Shown here one piece after another: positions 9,252-18,091 of a stretch of 54,873 nt of DNA. The stretch comes from Pseudomonadota bacterium. GTDB taxonomy: Bacteria; Bdellovibrionota; Bdellovibrionia; Bdellovibrionales; SG-bin7. Position numbers and translations under genes: made by a program. A model generated the notes under the pieces. That model did no database searches, was not told the origin of the DNA, and saw only the letters and a program-made list of their open reading frames with translations. The stretch is from assembly GCA_034439715.1 (NCBI GenBank), contig JAWXAY010000016.1, forward strand, positions 1 to 54,873. Reading direction: 5' to 3'. Positions within the stretch are counted from its first letter, which is position 1; each line of letters opens with the position of its first letter.

Positions 9252-10166
9252 CTATTTGGTAGACCCTTTGCTGTTGCCCCAGTCTTTTTGCGGGCAATTA
9301 AAAATCTCATCGATCTCTTGCTTTGAGAGCTGAGTCTCAAGGGCCTTTCTGACCACACTTATTGGATAAATTCCTGGGTAAGGGCCCCCATTAGTAACTA
9401 GGCCACGCACCTTTCCGTATTCATCAAGTGCCGGGCCACCACTATTGCCCGCGACTACTTTCATGTCAGTATAAATATATTCTCCAAAGATAAGCTTCTC
9501 TCCCCTAGCCACCTTCGATCCAGACACTCTTTTCCCAATCACAAATTGCTTTTCCAAGTCGGGACCGGGACTTTCAAAGCGGTACGACCAAATAGTTTCA
9601 TTAACAGGAACAGGGCTTTCGTTAATTTGTACACAACTTAGACTCTTTTTATCACTCGGAATCTTTAAGACCACGTAGTCTTCAGACCTATCATTTGCCA
9701 ATGACGCATTTCTATAATCTTCAAATTTTATAACTTCATTAAAATCAGTTTCATTTCTAATTACAAAGGATTTTCCAGTAGCTACAATTGTTACGTCAGT
9801 GGTCATGCCATTAGGGCCAGTTATTTTTAGACCTTCGCATTTTTTTCCTTTTAATGTATCACCAACTTTTACTGTTGAAACTCCCAGTCCTTCATTTTTA
9901 GCAGTGGTAAGATCTTTTAACTCCCCCTTTAGACAAACTCCTAAACAGTGAAGGGACGACATAATATATCCGGTATGTGAAATCAAAAAACCTGTGCAAA
10001 GGCTGGTCCGAAAACCTAAACCCGAATTTTCTACTGAAACTTTCGCTTTAAGGGCACCTGCGACGTCTATGCCTCTTTCTTTCATGGCCTTTGCATTGAC
10101 ATAGGAATCAGGTTCCGCCCAACTCAAACTATAAAAAAGAAGAATAATTACAGAAGTAATCCTCAC
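9252..10166 (-). CDS. Secreted trypsin-like (S1) serine protease
   Basis: Signal peptide; CTGFLIS..GYIMSSLHC (His), EDYVVLKI (Asp), GNSGGP (Ser). Confidence 0.85.
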   Translation of the reverse strand: MRITSVIILLFYSLSWAEPDSYVNAKAMKERGIDVAGALKAKVSVENSGLGFRTSLCTGFLISHTGYIMSSLHCLGVCLKGELKDLTTAKNEGLGVSTVKVGDTLKGKKCEGLKITGPNGMTTDVTIVATGKSFVIRNETDFNEVIKFEDYRNASLANDRSEDYVVLKIPSDKKSLSCVQINESPVPVNETIWSYRFESPGPDLEKQFVIGKRVSGSKVARGEKLIFGEYIYTDMKVVAGNSGGPALDEYGKVRGLVTNGGPYPGIYPISVVRKALETQLSKQEIDEIFNCPQKDWGNSKGSTK

Positions 10167-10446
10167 AATAATATTATTACATCTGGGATTATACCCAACA
10201 AGCGAAATAACAAATCCTATGTTTACGACGAGCCATAAAGACCCTGCTCCGCGCGACCCGCCTACTGACGGGGCAGAGGTTTAGGCAAAATCGAATGAGA
10301 AAAATAAAAGTTGATAATATGCTACTTTTTTGGGGCAGAAGTCCCCAAAAGCCTTGTTTCAACTAAAATATTTATTTTTACTTGCCCGTAAAAATGGTCG
10401 TGTTATTTTCTAATTGGAAACGATTTTAAACAAAAAGGGGAAACAA

Positions 10447-10974
10447 ATGAAAATATTTTTAATCAGTTCAATACTTAGTTTTTCGTTAGGCGCTTTGGCC
10501 GATTTTTCGGATTTCGATAGATATACCCAGAATATTAATGTGCGAGGACAGGGTTATTACCCAGACCAATTGACCGCGGATGCCGTTTGTCGGTTGAATG
10601 GGCTCGAATTTTCAGCTGGCTATACTCAGTGGCGACAGGCAGGAGACCGAATTCAAGGACTACGTTCTTACGACGGCAGACCTTATTTTCAATCGGCAAC
10701 TTGGGGCGGCGGGATGGCTCTCGAAGTGGTTAGCTGTATGGACGGCCGTCGTCAGCCAACCAGCATAAATGTGCGCGGACAGGGTTATTACCCAGATCAA
10801 CTAACGGCGCATGCTATTTGCCTATTCAATGGGTACTATCGTACTGCTGGCTATACTCAGTGGAGACAAGCAGGAGACAGAATTCAAGGGCTGCGTTCTT
10901 ACGACGGTAGACCCTATTTTCAATCCGCTATTTGGGGCGGCGGAATGGCTCTCGACGTTGTAAACTGCCAATAA
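10447..10974 (+). CDS. Secreted protein made of two near-identical 68 aa repeats
   Basis: ATG at 10447 after an AAGGGG RBS; signal peptide ending ALA; repeat INVRGQGYYPDQLTA...GGGMAL.VV.C present twice with a 231 bp period. Confidence 0.85.
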   Translation: MKIFLISSILSFSLGALADFSDFDRYTQNINVRGQGYYPDQLTADAVCRLNGLEFSAGYTQWRQAGDRIQGLRSYDGRPYFQSATWGGGMALEVVSCMDGRRQPTSINVRGQGYYPDQLTAHAICLFNGYYRTAGYTQWRQAGDRIQGLRSYDGRPYFQSAIWGGGMALDVVNCQ

Positions 10975-10999
10975 CGAGAAGTATCAGTAAGAGTATCAG

Positions 11000-11032
11000 A
11001 CTGAGGAGAAAGGACTCATTTCTCCTCAGTTT
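11000..11032 (+). terminator. Intrinsic terminator hairpin
   Basis: ACTGAGGAGAAA-ggactca-TTTCTCCTCAGT: perfect 12 bp stem followed by TT. Confidence 0.75.
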
Positions 11033-11151
11033 CTATCGCCAAACCTCATAAGCTCATCTAGAAAATGGAATGTAATTTGCATTTATTAAAATCCACTTGT
11101 TAACAAACAGGGCAAGCGGAGTTTGTTTATTCACATTTCAAGGGGGTGTAT

Positions 11152-11310
11152 ATGAGCGTAGGAACAATATTGTTGATCTTCCTAATCCTAATGTTATTCG
11201 GTTCTTTTCCAACTTGGTCCCATAGTAAAAACTGGGGATACGGGCCCAGTGGTGGCCTAGGTGCAGTGCTGGTCGTCGTTCTCGTGTTAGTGCTATCGGG
11301 CCGGCTGTAG
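11152..11310 (+). CDS. DUF3309 family small membrane protein (52 aa, below the ORF-track cutoff)
   Basis: My translation: MSVGTILLIFLILMLFGSFPTWSHSKNWGYGPSGGLGAVLVVVLVLVLSGRL*. Contains the P.W.HS+.WGYGPSGGLG signature; AGGGGG RBS. Confidence 0.9.
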   Translation: MSVGTILLIFLILMLFGSFPTWSHSKNWGYGPSGGLGAVLVVVLVLVLSGRL

Positions 11311-11340
11311 CAAGCAGTGAACCCTCTGGGGCAAGCCAAA

Positions 11341-11655
11341 CTAAATGTGCTCTTGTTCCGGAGTGGACTTAATTGCCGGCTTTGGCGCAAGGTCACGATG
11401 ATTAAAATTAGTAATGTGCGTTTGTTTATTCAAACTGGCATCGTTTTCAAGACGAAGTCTAAAACCATCGACCGCGTGAATCTCTTGTAACCCATCTACA
11501 TGCATTCGTTTAGCATGAAACTCTGGGATTTGCTTGGCCTTCAGCCTTGCATCCCCAAAACTCTCGGCACAAACAAAATAGTTCATATGACTTTCATAAA
11601 TACCATCGCCCACTTCGTTATCGTAGTATCCACAATGCACTAAATATAATTTCAT
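11341..11655 (-). CDS. DUF1543-like protein
   Basis: Start MKLYLVHCG with a GGAG RBS; E.H..YFVCAES...AR.KAK, MHVDG..EI.AVDG. Confidence 0.7.
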   Translation of the reverse strand: MKLYLVHCGYYDNEVGDGIYESHMNYFVCAESFGDARLKAKQIPEFHAKRMHVDGLQEIHAVDGFRLRLENDASLNKQTHITNFNHRDLAPKPAIKSTPEQEHI

Positions 11656-11758
11656 AAACACTCTCCATCGATCGGTTTTTTTATCTGTTTGTCGAATTAA
11701 CATACGCTAACTCAAACAACAATGTCATGTCTAAAAATTGAGAAACTTTCTGTGCTTT

Positions 11759-11938
11759 CTAACTTCTGCCAATTTCGGTCGATGTGACCACGCCATCTTC
11801 GCACGTGATACGGAATTGAATCGGCCGGCAACAGACAGTGCAGTCTTCAATATAGCTCTGCTGAGGAATAAACACATCTACCAATACCGAAATACTCTCT
11901 CCGCAAAAGGGACAAAATATTTCTAGTTCTTCTTCCAT
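11759..11938 (-). CDS. CPXCG-motif cysteine-rich small protein
   Basis: MEEELEIFCPFCGE...QSYIEDCTVCCRPI; overlaps the MFS stop codon. Confidence 0.88.
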   Translation of the reverse strand: MEEELEIFCPFCGESISVLVDVFIPQQSYIEDCTVCCRPIQFRITCEDGVVTSTEIGRS

Positions 11939-13119
11939 ACCTGTACCCGAGTTAATAAGACCATCGCAGTAAGGGCTCCTGCCATTCCGAAAATAAATGT
12001 CCACGATGGGCCGAACTGATCCCAAATTCCACCCGAAATCGTACTTGCAAAAACAGTTGAAATCCCCGTCACTGTTCCTAAAATTCCTAGGCCCGTAGCT
12101 TTCATTCGCGAATCGACAAGATCAACCGCAAGAGCCTTACCTACCCCATCCGTCGCAGCCATATATAACCCATAAATCCCAAACAGTAACCAAAAATGCC
12201 AATGACTCGTAGCCATTGAAAATCCCAAATAAACTAAACTAAAAATAAAAAGTCCCAAAATAAGAATGTTTTTTCTGGGTACACGATCGGACAACTTTCC
12301 AAAGTAAGGACTCATTAAGGAAAAGGTTAAATTATAAAAGCAGTACATAAATATAACAAGGTTGAGCGACATCCCCTGTTCTTTGGCCCTCATCAATAAA
12401 AAAACATCGCTCGAGTTAGCGACCGAAAATACTCCCCACGAAAACAAATAGGCCTTAAAATCTTTGGGCAGATCACGCCATTTCGCGCGAGGTAAAAAAA
12501 CCGTACTTTCATTTTGCTTAGCATTAGCCTGAAGTACTTTTTTTTCTTTAATACTTAAAACAAAGAAAACAGAAATGACTCCAGGGATGACGGCAAAGTA
12601 ATAAATGGACCTTAAATCGTTGTTATAAAAAGCAAGGTAAGTTATGGCCAACAAGGGGCCTATAGTAGCACCAATGGTATCCATTGCCCGGTGCCAACCA
12701 AAAGCGGCGCCCCTTGATTTTGGCGACACGGCCTCGGCAAGCAGGGCATCACGTGGCGCACTTCGAAGTCCTTTTCCAGTTCGATCGAGTCCCCGTGCGC
12801 ACAGTACATGTACCCATGCCGTTGCCACCCCTGTCAGGGGTTTTGCCATCGCCGATAAAAAATAACCGGCTACAACGAAAGGCTTTCTCCGTTGAATACG
12901 ATCAGACCAGGAACCCGCAAAGGTTTTGAGCAAACTCGCTACGGCCTCAGCAACACCCTCAATAAAACCTATACTGGTCATTGAGGCCCCAAGTACTGTT
13001 GCCAAAAAAATCGGAGTAATGGGATAAAGCATTTCACTAGAGATATCAGCAAAAAGAGAAACAAGACCTAACCTAACTACTGTTGGATTTAAGACTTTTT
13101 CCTGAGACCTTTTTTCCAC
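11923..13119 (-). CDS. MFS transporter
   Basis: About 12 TM; VSLFADISSEM, GSWSDRIQRRK, DRTGKGLRSAPRDA, GKLSDRVPRK. Probable GTG start at 13119 after AGGAG. Confidence 0.92.
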   Translation of the reverse strand: MEKRSQEKVLNPTVVRLGLVSLFADISSEMLYPITPIFLATVLGASMTSIGFIEGVAEAVASLLKTFAGSWSDRIQRRKPFVVAGYFLSAMAKPLTGVATAWVHVLCARGLDRTGKGLRSAPRDALLAEAVSPKSRGAAFGWHRAMDTIGATIGPLLAITYLAFYNNDLRSIYYFAVIPGVISVFFVLSIKEKKVLQANAKQNESTVFLPRAKWRDLPKDFKAYLFSWGVFSVANSSDVFLLMRAKEQGMSLNLVIFMYCFYNLTFSLMSPYFGKLSDRVPRKNILILGLFIFSLVYLGFSMATSHWHFWLLFGIYGLYMAATDGVGKALAVDLVDSRMKATGLGILGTVTGISTVFASTISGGIWDQFGPSWTFIFGMAGALTAMVLLTRVQVWKKN

Positions 13120-13160
13120 TGGCGACTCCTGCTTAAACCCTATAACACATCTTGAGACCA

Positions 13161-13223
13161 AAGGTCAGTAAAAGTCCTAACACGGTAGTTTCAACTTTAG
13201 TGAGTCCTAAACTTCGACGAAGT
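13161..13223 (+). promoter_or_regulatory. Conserved upstream block plus sigma-28-like promoter of hemerythrin copy 1
   Basis: AAGGTCAGTAAAAGTCCTAACAC, with GACGAAGT starting 55 bp after its start; the same arrangement and spacing occur before copy 2. Confidence 0.6.
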
Positions 13224-13239
13224 AAGTAAGTAAGTAAGT
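13220..13239 (+). repeat. (AAGT)5 simple sequence repeat
   Basis: aagtaagtaagtaagtaagt read directly; the paralogous leader has a single unit. Confidence 0.9.
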
Positions 13240-13264
13240 AAATAGGTCACTAACAGGGGGATGT

Positions 13265-13687
13265 ATGAGAAAAACAGAACGATTCAGAAAAGATCACGAA
13301 GGTTTATTGCTGCTTGCAACTGAACTCAGTAAGCAACTTAAGGCGGACGCGTTAGAAAAAGATGCTACATCCACGTGTAAACTTCTTGCAAAATTTACGG
13401 GAGTTTTAAAAATACACCTGTCGGCCGAAGACAATAATCTTTATCCAGAACTACTAAAATCTACTGACAAAAAGGTCCGTGACACGGCTATCTTTTTTCA
13501 AAAAGAAATGGGTGGTATCAAAGGAGTGGTGACAAATTACTTTACCAAATGGGGCACGCCCCGAAGTGTCCAAAAGGATCCCCACGGGTTTATTAAAGAA
13601 ACTCTAGGTCTTTTTGAGGCGTTAAAAGCGCGAATTGATAAAGAGAACAATGTACTTTATGATCTTGCCGACAAAATGGCCGCTTAG
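13265..13687 (+). CDS. Hemerythrin/HHE cation-binding domain protein, copy 1
   Basis: DHEGL, IHLSAEDNNLYP, RIDKENNVLY. Confidence 0.85.
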   Translation: MRKTERFRKDHEGLLLLATELSKQLKADALEKDATSTCKLLAKFTGVLKIHLSAEDNNLYPELLKSTDKKVRDTAIFFQKEMGGIKGVVTNYFTKWGTPRSVQKDPHGFIKETLGLFEALKARIDKENNVLYDLADKMAA

Positions 13688-13721
13688 TCTCAGTTTACCA
13701 TTTTCAAAATGGCACGTTTCG

Positions 13722-13784
13722 AAGGTCAGTAAAAGTCTTAACACATGAGGTTACCCTCAAGTAATTTCTCATCTCTGACGAAGT
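13722..13784 (+). promoter_or_regulatory. Conserved upstream block plus sigma-28-like promoter of hemerythrin copy 2
   Basis: AAGGTCAGTAAAAGTCTTAACAC ... TCAAG-N15-GACGAAGT. Confidence 0.6.
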
Positions 13785-13809
13785 AACCAGGTCACTAACA
13801 GGAGGACAC

Positions 13810-14232
13810 ATGATTAAAACAGAACGATTTAGAAAAGATCACGAAGGATTAATGGAAATGGCAACTGAGCTAAGTAAACATCTCAAGGCAGATGTATTAG
13901 CAACAAATGCCGCACCCACTTGCAAACTCATTGCCCAGATGAGCGGAGTATTAAATATACATTTGTCAGCTGAAGACAATAACCTCTATCCACTATTATT
14001 AAAGTCTACTGACAAAAATACGCGTGAAACCGCTATCTCATTTCAAAAAGAAATGGGCGGCATCAAGGACGTACTAAAAGGTTATTTTACCAAATGGGCA
14101 TCACCCATGAATGTTCAAAAAGATCCCAAAGGATTTATTACCGCTACTCAAGGTCTTTTAGGAGCTTTAAAAAACCGAATCGACAAAGAGAACACTGTTC
14201 TCTACGATTTAGCCGACAAACTAGCTGCTTAG
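13810..14232 (+). CDS. Hemerythrin/HHE cation-binding domain protein, copy 2 (tandem paralogue)
   Basis: Same length (140 aa) and motifs as copy 1; AGGAGG RBS. Confidence 0.85.
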   Translation: MIKTERFRKDHEGLMEMATELSKHLKADVLATNAAPTCKLIAQMSGVLNIHLSAEDNNLYPLLLKSTDKNTRETAISFQKEMGGIKDVLKGYFTKWASPMNVQKDPKGFITATQGLLGALKNRIDKENTVLYDLADKLAA

Positions 14233-14251
14233 TTTTTTTCTTTTTTCATAA

Positions 14252-14280
14252 AAGGGAGTGGTTCAATATGAACCACCCTT
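14252..14280 (+). terminator. Hairpin after the hemerythrin pair
   Basis: AAGGGaGTGGTTCA-ata-TGAACCAC-CCTT. Confidence 0.55.
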
Positions 14281-14452
14281 CAAAAAGTCTCACCTCAATG
14301 CACCGTTGAACTTATAAACAATTGATTAGCATATTAGCTGGCATTGCTCCGTAAAGTTCATTAAACTAGGACTAGAATTTGCAGATAATATCAGTTGAGG
14401 CAATCTAGTTAGTCTATTTTGAATTGTCTCAAAATGATCCATGGGGTGACAT

Positions 14453-15391
14453 GTGAACAAATCAACAAAAATGGGTACATCGTTTTTAGGTTTTATAGCT
14501 GTAGGGACTTTTATTATAGTGGGTTTTGAAAATTGTAGCGAGAAACCCGTAATGTTAAACAGCGCAAGTGTTAGCGATGCGCCTAGCATCTCTATAAATG
14601 CAAACCCAGCTATGGTCTCCCTTAATTCTTCTTCGACCCTCACTTGGTCAAGTGAAAATGTAATTTCTTGTATTGCCATTGGAAATTGGACCGGTGCCAA
14701 AAGTACGGCAGGGAGCGAAAGCACCGGCAACTTAACTGCCGGCAAAATTTATGGTCTGACCTGTACAGGCCCCAATGGCAGCGTCACCGAGTCTATAATA
14801 GTCAATACCGATGGCTCTGGACCGCCAACTATGATTTTTACTGCAAGTCCAACGACCGTTGCCTACGGCGCTTCGTCAAGGCTCACTTGGTCATCTGTCA
14901 ACGCTACTTCTTGTACAAATCTTTCTAATTTGGTGGCGGGAGTTAGTATTAATTCACCAATTGCAATTTCTGGATTTTTTCAATCTCAAAATCTCATCGT
15001 CGCTAAAGATTTTAGAATTAGTTGCTCGGGGCCTGGCGGTAATATTGAAGCTACCGCATCGGTGAATGTACTCCCCCCCGTTTACGCCTGCCCGGTCATA
15101 TACTCTAGCCAATGCGAATCTCAGGCTGTATGTTTTTCGACATGCGTGGGGCAGCTTCAAGCCGGGGCAACTTGTGTATATAGAGGCTTTAATGCGGTAC
15201 CTACGACAGTCAACTGCAACATTGCGCTCCCAACTGCTATTGTCTATAAGTGTCCCGCTGTGCCCTCTACAAACTGCGAAAACGCATCTCTTTGCCAAAC
15301 GATGTGTGTGGGCCAGGACTCTTTAGGTTCGACGTGTGTTACTCGTGGATTTAATGCCGTACCCACCACGCTCGCATGTATCAGAAAGTAG
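14453..15391 (+). CDS. Secreted or lipid-anchored surface protein: FENC signal motif, two Ig/PKD-like repeats, two Cys-rich repeats
   Basis: FIIVGFENCS; SS(T/R)LTWSS.N..SC...C.GP.G twice; VY.CP....CE....C...CVGQ...G.TCV.RGFNAVPTT..C twice. Confidence 0.8.
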   Translation: MNKSTKMGTSFLGFIAVGTFIIVGFENCSEKPVMLNSASVSDAPSISINANPAMVSLNSSSTLTWSSENVISCIAIGNWTGAKSTAGSESTGNLTAGKIYGLTCTGPNGSVTESIIVNTDGSGPPTMIFTASPTTVAYGASSRLTWSSVNATSCTNLSNLVAGVSINSPIAISGFFQSQNLIVAKDFRISCSGPGGNIEATASVNVLPPVYACPVIYSSQCESQAVCFSTCVGQLQAGATCVYRGFNAVPTTVNCNIALPTAIVYKCPAVPSTNCENASLCQTMCVGQDSLGSTCVTRGFNAVPTTLACIRK

Positions 15392-15398
15392 TTGATTT

Positions 15399-16820
15399 TT
15401 ATTTTCGCATCATCAACCAGTAGCTCACTCCGGATACAGCAAATCCGATAAACCATGCGTAATGGTAAAGCCCCGCAAAATTGGCTAGTACACTGCTGTT
15501 GTTGAGAAGCGAAACTTCAACTAAGAAACCCGGTACATTTGGCAAGAGCCCTAATAAAAATGCGATGAGTGCCTTAGAATTAAATCCATTCTCATACCAA
15601 TAAATACCTTTAGCTTGGTACAAATCTTCTAGTTTGAGAGTTTTCCGTCTCACAAAAAAATAATCCGCAATCATAATGCCACCAATTGGCCCGAGCAAAC
15701 TCGAATAGGCGATAAGCCATTTAAAAATATAACCTTGAGGATCACTCATTAGCTTCCAGGGAAAAATCAATATACCTATGACTCCCGTTATATAACCACC
15801 TAGCTTAAAACTAATTTTGGTAGGACTCAGGTTTGAAAAATCGTTAGCCGGACTCACAATATTTGCGGCAATATTGGTAGCCAGGGTCGAAATCGCAATA
15901 GCCACCATCGCAAAAGTGACCAGCAGTTTGGATTCAAAGCGTCCTGCCAAAACTACAGGATCCCAAATCGTTTCGCCAAAAACAATAACTGTCGCACTGG
16001 TTACTGCAACTCCTATAAAAGCAAATAGTGTCATCGAAGTTGGAAGGCCTATCGCCTGCCCCACAATTTGCGATTTTTGTGAATTTGCATAACGAGTAAA
16101 ATCAGGAATGTTCAAGCTGAGCGTGGCCCAAAACCCAACCATGCCAGTGAGGGCCGGAAAAAAATAATTAAAAAACTCAGCGGTCGATTGAAATTTCGAA
16201 GGCTGAGCGAGAATGGGCCCTAACCCACCGCTAGCAGAAATTGCCCAAAATAAAAGCGCGAAAGCAGCCACTGGTAAAAATAGCGCCTTAAAGACCAAAA
16301 GTTTTTTAATACTGTCTACGCCTAAGTACACAACGTACATGTTTAGTAGCCAAAAAATAAAAAAGGTAATAGCAGGTGCCGTTTCTAGTCCCCATGACTG
16401 CGGAAAAAAAGCAGGTAAATCTGCAAAACTTGGAAACCACAACTTCACCAATTGAAAAATGGCAAACCCACCTATCCAAGTCTGAATTCCAAACCAACCG
16501 CAGGCCACTATCGCACGCAAAAGCGCCGGAAGATTAGCACCTCTTATTCCAAAACTCGCCCGCGCAAATACCGGAAATGGAATTCCATATTTTGTTCCTG
16601 CATGGCCATTTAAAAGCATTGGCACTAATACAATCGTATTACCTAAAAATATAGTAAGTATCGCCTGCCACCAGTTCATGCCTCCATCTATGAGGGAGCT
16701 CGCGAGCATATATGTAGGAATACACAAACTCATGCTAATCCAAAGAGCCGCGTAGTTGGCGGTCTTCCAGGTGCGTTTGTTGAGAGGAATAGCTGCCAAA
16801 TCCTTATTGGTGTAACTCAA
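15399..16820 (-). CDS. NCS1 family nucleobase:cation symporter (pyrimidine uptake)
   Basis: NKDLAAIP..KRTW, G.KYGIPFPV..RASFG, WATLSLNIPDFTRY; last gene of the pyrimidine-degradation operon. Confidence 0.93.
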   Translation of the reverse strand: MSYTNKDLAAIPLNKRTWKTANYAALWISMSLCIPTYMLASSLIDGGMNWWQAILTIFLGNTIVLVPMLLNGHAGTKYGIPFPVFARASFGIRGANLPALLRAIVACGWFGIQTWIGGFAIFQLVKLWFPSFADLPAFFPQSWGLETAPAITFFIFWLLNMYVVYLGVDSIKKLLVFKALFLPVAAFALLFWAISASGGLGPILAQPSKFQSTAEFFNYFFPALTGMVGFWATLSLNIPDFTRYANSQKSQIVGQAIGLPTSMTLFAFIGVAVTSATVIVFGETIWDPVVLAGRFESKLLVTFAMVAIAISTLATNIAANIVSPANDFSNLSPTKISFKLGGYITGVIGILIFPWKLMSDPQGYIFKWLIAYSSLLGPIGGIMIADYFFVRRKTLKLEDLYQAKGIYWYENGFNSKALIAFLLGLLPNVPGFLVEVSLLNNSSVLANFAGLYHYAWFIGFAVSGVSYWLMMRK

Positions 16821-18091
16821 ACGCTCACCGATTTACGGAGGGGATTATTGGGATGTTCTGTCCAGGGTAAAAATGGCTTTCCAGTTTCTTGGGTCACCAT
16901 AGTGATACATTCTACGGGACAAACCAGTGCACAAAGGTTGCACCCCACACATTCTTCATCAATAATTTCGTATTTTTTCTGGCTATTAACTGTTTTTTTT
17001 GAGACTGATTGATGAGAGGTATCCTCGCAAGCGACGTAACATAGACCGCACTGTATACAATCTTTTTGCTCAATATGAGCAATGGTTTTAAAATTTAGAT
17101 CGAGCTCGTTCCAATTTTTTACATTGGGGATAGCCAATCCTCTAAAGTCATTTAAGCTCCTATAATTTTTAGCATCCATCCAGTTGCTAAGACCGTCAGT
17201 CATGTCCTCGATTATTTTAAAACCGAAATGCATAGCAGCGGTACAAACTTGCACCGATCGACAACCGAGTGACATAAATTCGGCCGCATCTCGCCAATCT
17301 GAAATTCCACCAATGCCTGAGATCGGCAGGCCTTTGGTGTCTTTATCGCGCGCTATTTCGGCCACCATATTGAGAGCTATTGGCTTTACAGCGGGCCCAC
17401 AATAACCACCATGAGTGCCCTTGCCGCCAACAACTGGACGCGGAGCCATGACATCTAAATCCACGCTGACGATTGAATTGATCGTATTGATCAGGCTCAC
17501 CGCATCGGCGCCACCTTTGAGTGCCGCGCGCGCCGGTATTCGCACATCAGTGATATTGGGTGTAAGTTTAACAAACACGGGCATACGCGTATGCGCTTTG
17601 CACCAACGTGTCACCATTTCAATATATTCAGGCACCTGTCCCACGGCCGAACCCATACCTCTTTCGCTCATACCATGAGGACAACCAAAATTAAGTTCCA
17701 CACCATCGGCATTTGTATCTTCTACTTTTTTCAGAATTTTCTTCCAGCTTTCTTCATTGCAGGGAACCATGAGTGACACAATGACCGCACGGTCGGGCCA
17801 CTCCTTCTTAATTTCTTTGATTTCGCGAAGATTAATCTCTAAGGGCCTATCGGTAATCAGCTCAATATTATTAAAGCCCATCACCTTCATGCCATTGTAA
17901 TCAACGCCCCCGTAACGAGAACTCACATTCACGACAGGGGGATCTTCCCCGAGAGTTTTCCAAACAACCCCACCCCAGCCCGCTTTGAAAGCCCGCTCTA
18001 CATTGAATTTTTTGTCAGTAGGGGGAGCCGACGCTAACCAAAATGGATTGGGAGACTTAACCCCTGCTATTTCACAAGTTAGGTTGGCCAC
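16817..18091 (-). CDS. preA: NAD-dependent dihydropyrimidine dehydrogenase subunit PreA
   Basis: NPFWLASAPPTD, NNIELITDR, ELNFGCPHGMSERGMG, two C-terminal 4Fe-4S motifs (CIQCGLC, CVGCNLC). Confidence 0.95.
   Translation of the reverse strand: MANLTCEIAGVKSPNPFWLASAPPTDKKFNVERAFKAGWGGVVWKTLGEDPPVVNVSSRYGGVDYNGMKVMGFNNIELITDRPLEINLREIKEIKKEWPDRAVIVSLMVPCNEESWKKILKKVEDTNADGVELNFGCPHGMSERGMGSAVGQVPEYIEMVTRWCKAHTRMPVFVKLTPNITDVRIPARAALKGGADAVSLINTINSIVSVDLDVMAPRPVVGGKGTHGGYCGPAVKPIALNMVAEIARDKDTKGLPISGIGGISDWRDAAEFMSLGCRSVQVCTAAMHFGFKIIEDMTDGLSNWMDAKNYRSLNDFRGLAIPNVKNWNELDLNFKTIAHIEQKDCIQCGLCYVACEDTSHQSVSKKTVNSQKKYEIIDEECVGCNLCALVCPVECITMVTQETGKPFLPWTEHPNNPLRKSVSV

Noticed and set aside
10534..10968. 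DGR template/variable repeat pair
   Set aside because: Both copies are in frame in one gene, differences are not adenine-specific, and no reverse transcriptase is present.
11127..11396. 89 aa minus-strand ORF
   Set aside because: Shadow of the DUF3309 gene on the plus strand.
14367..14382. Sigma-54-like GG-N10-GC (AGGACTAGAATTTGCA) upstream of the FENC gene
   Set aside because: Lacks the TGGCAC core, and I did not find equivalents before the other motif-bearing genes.
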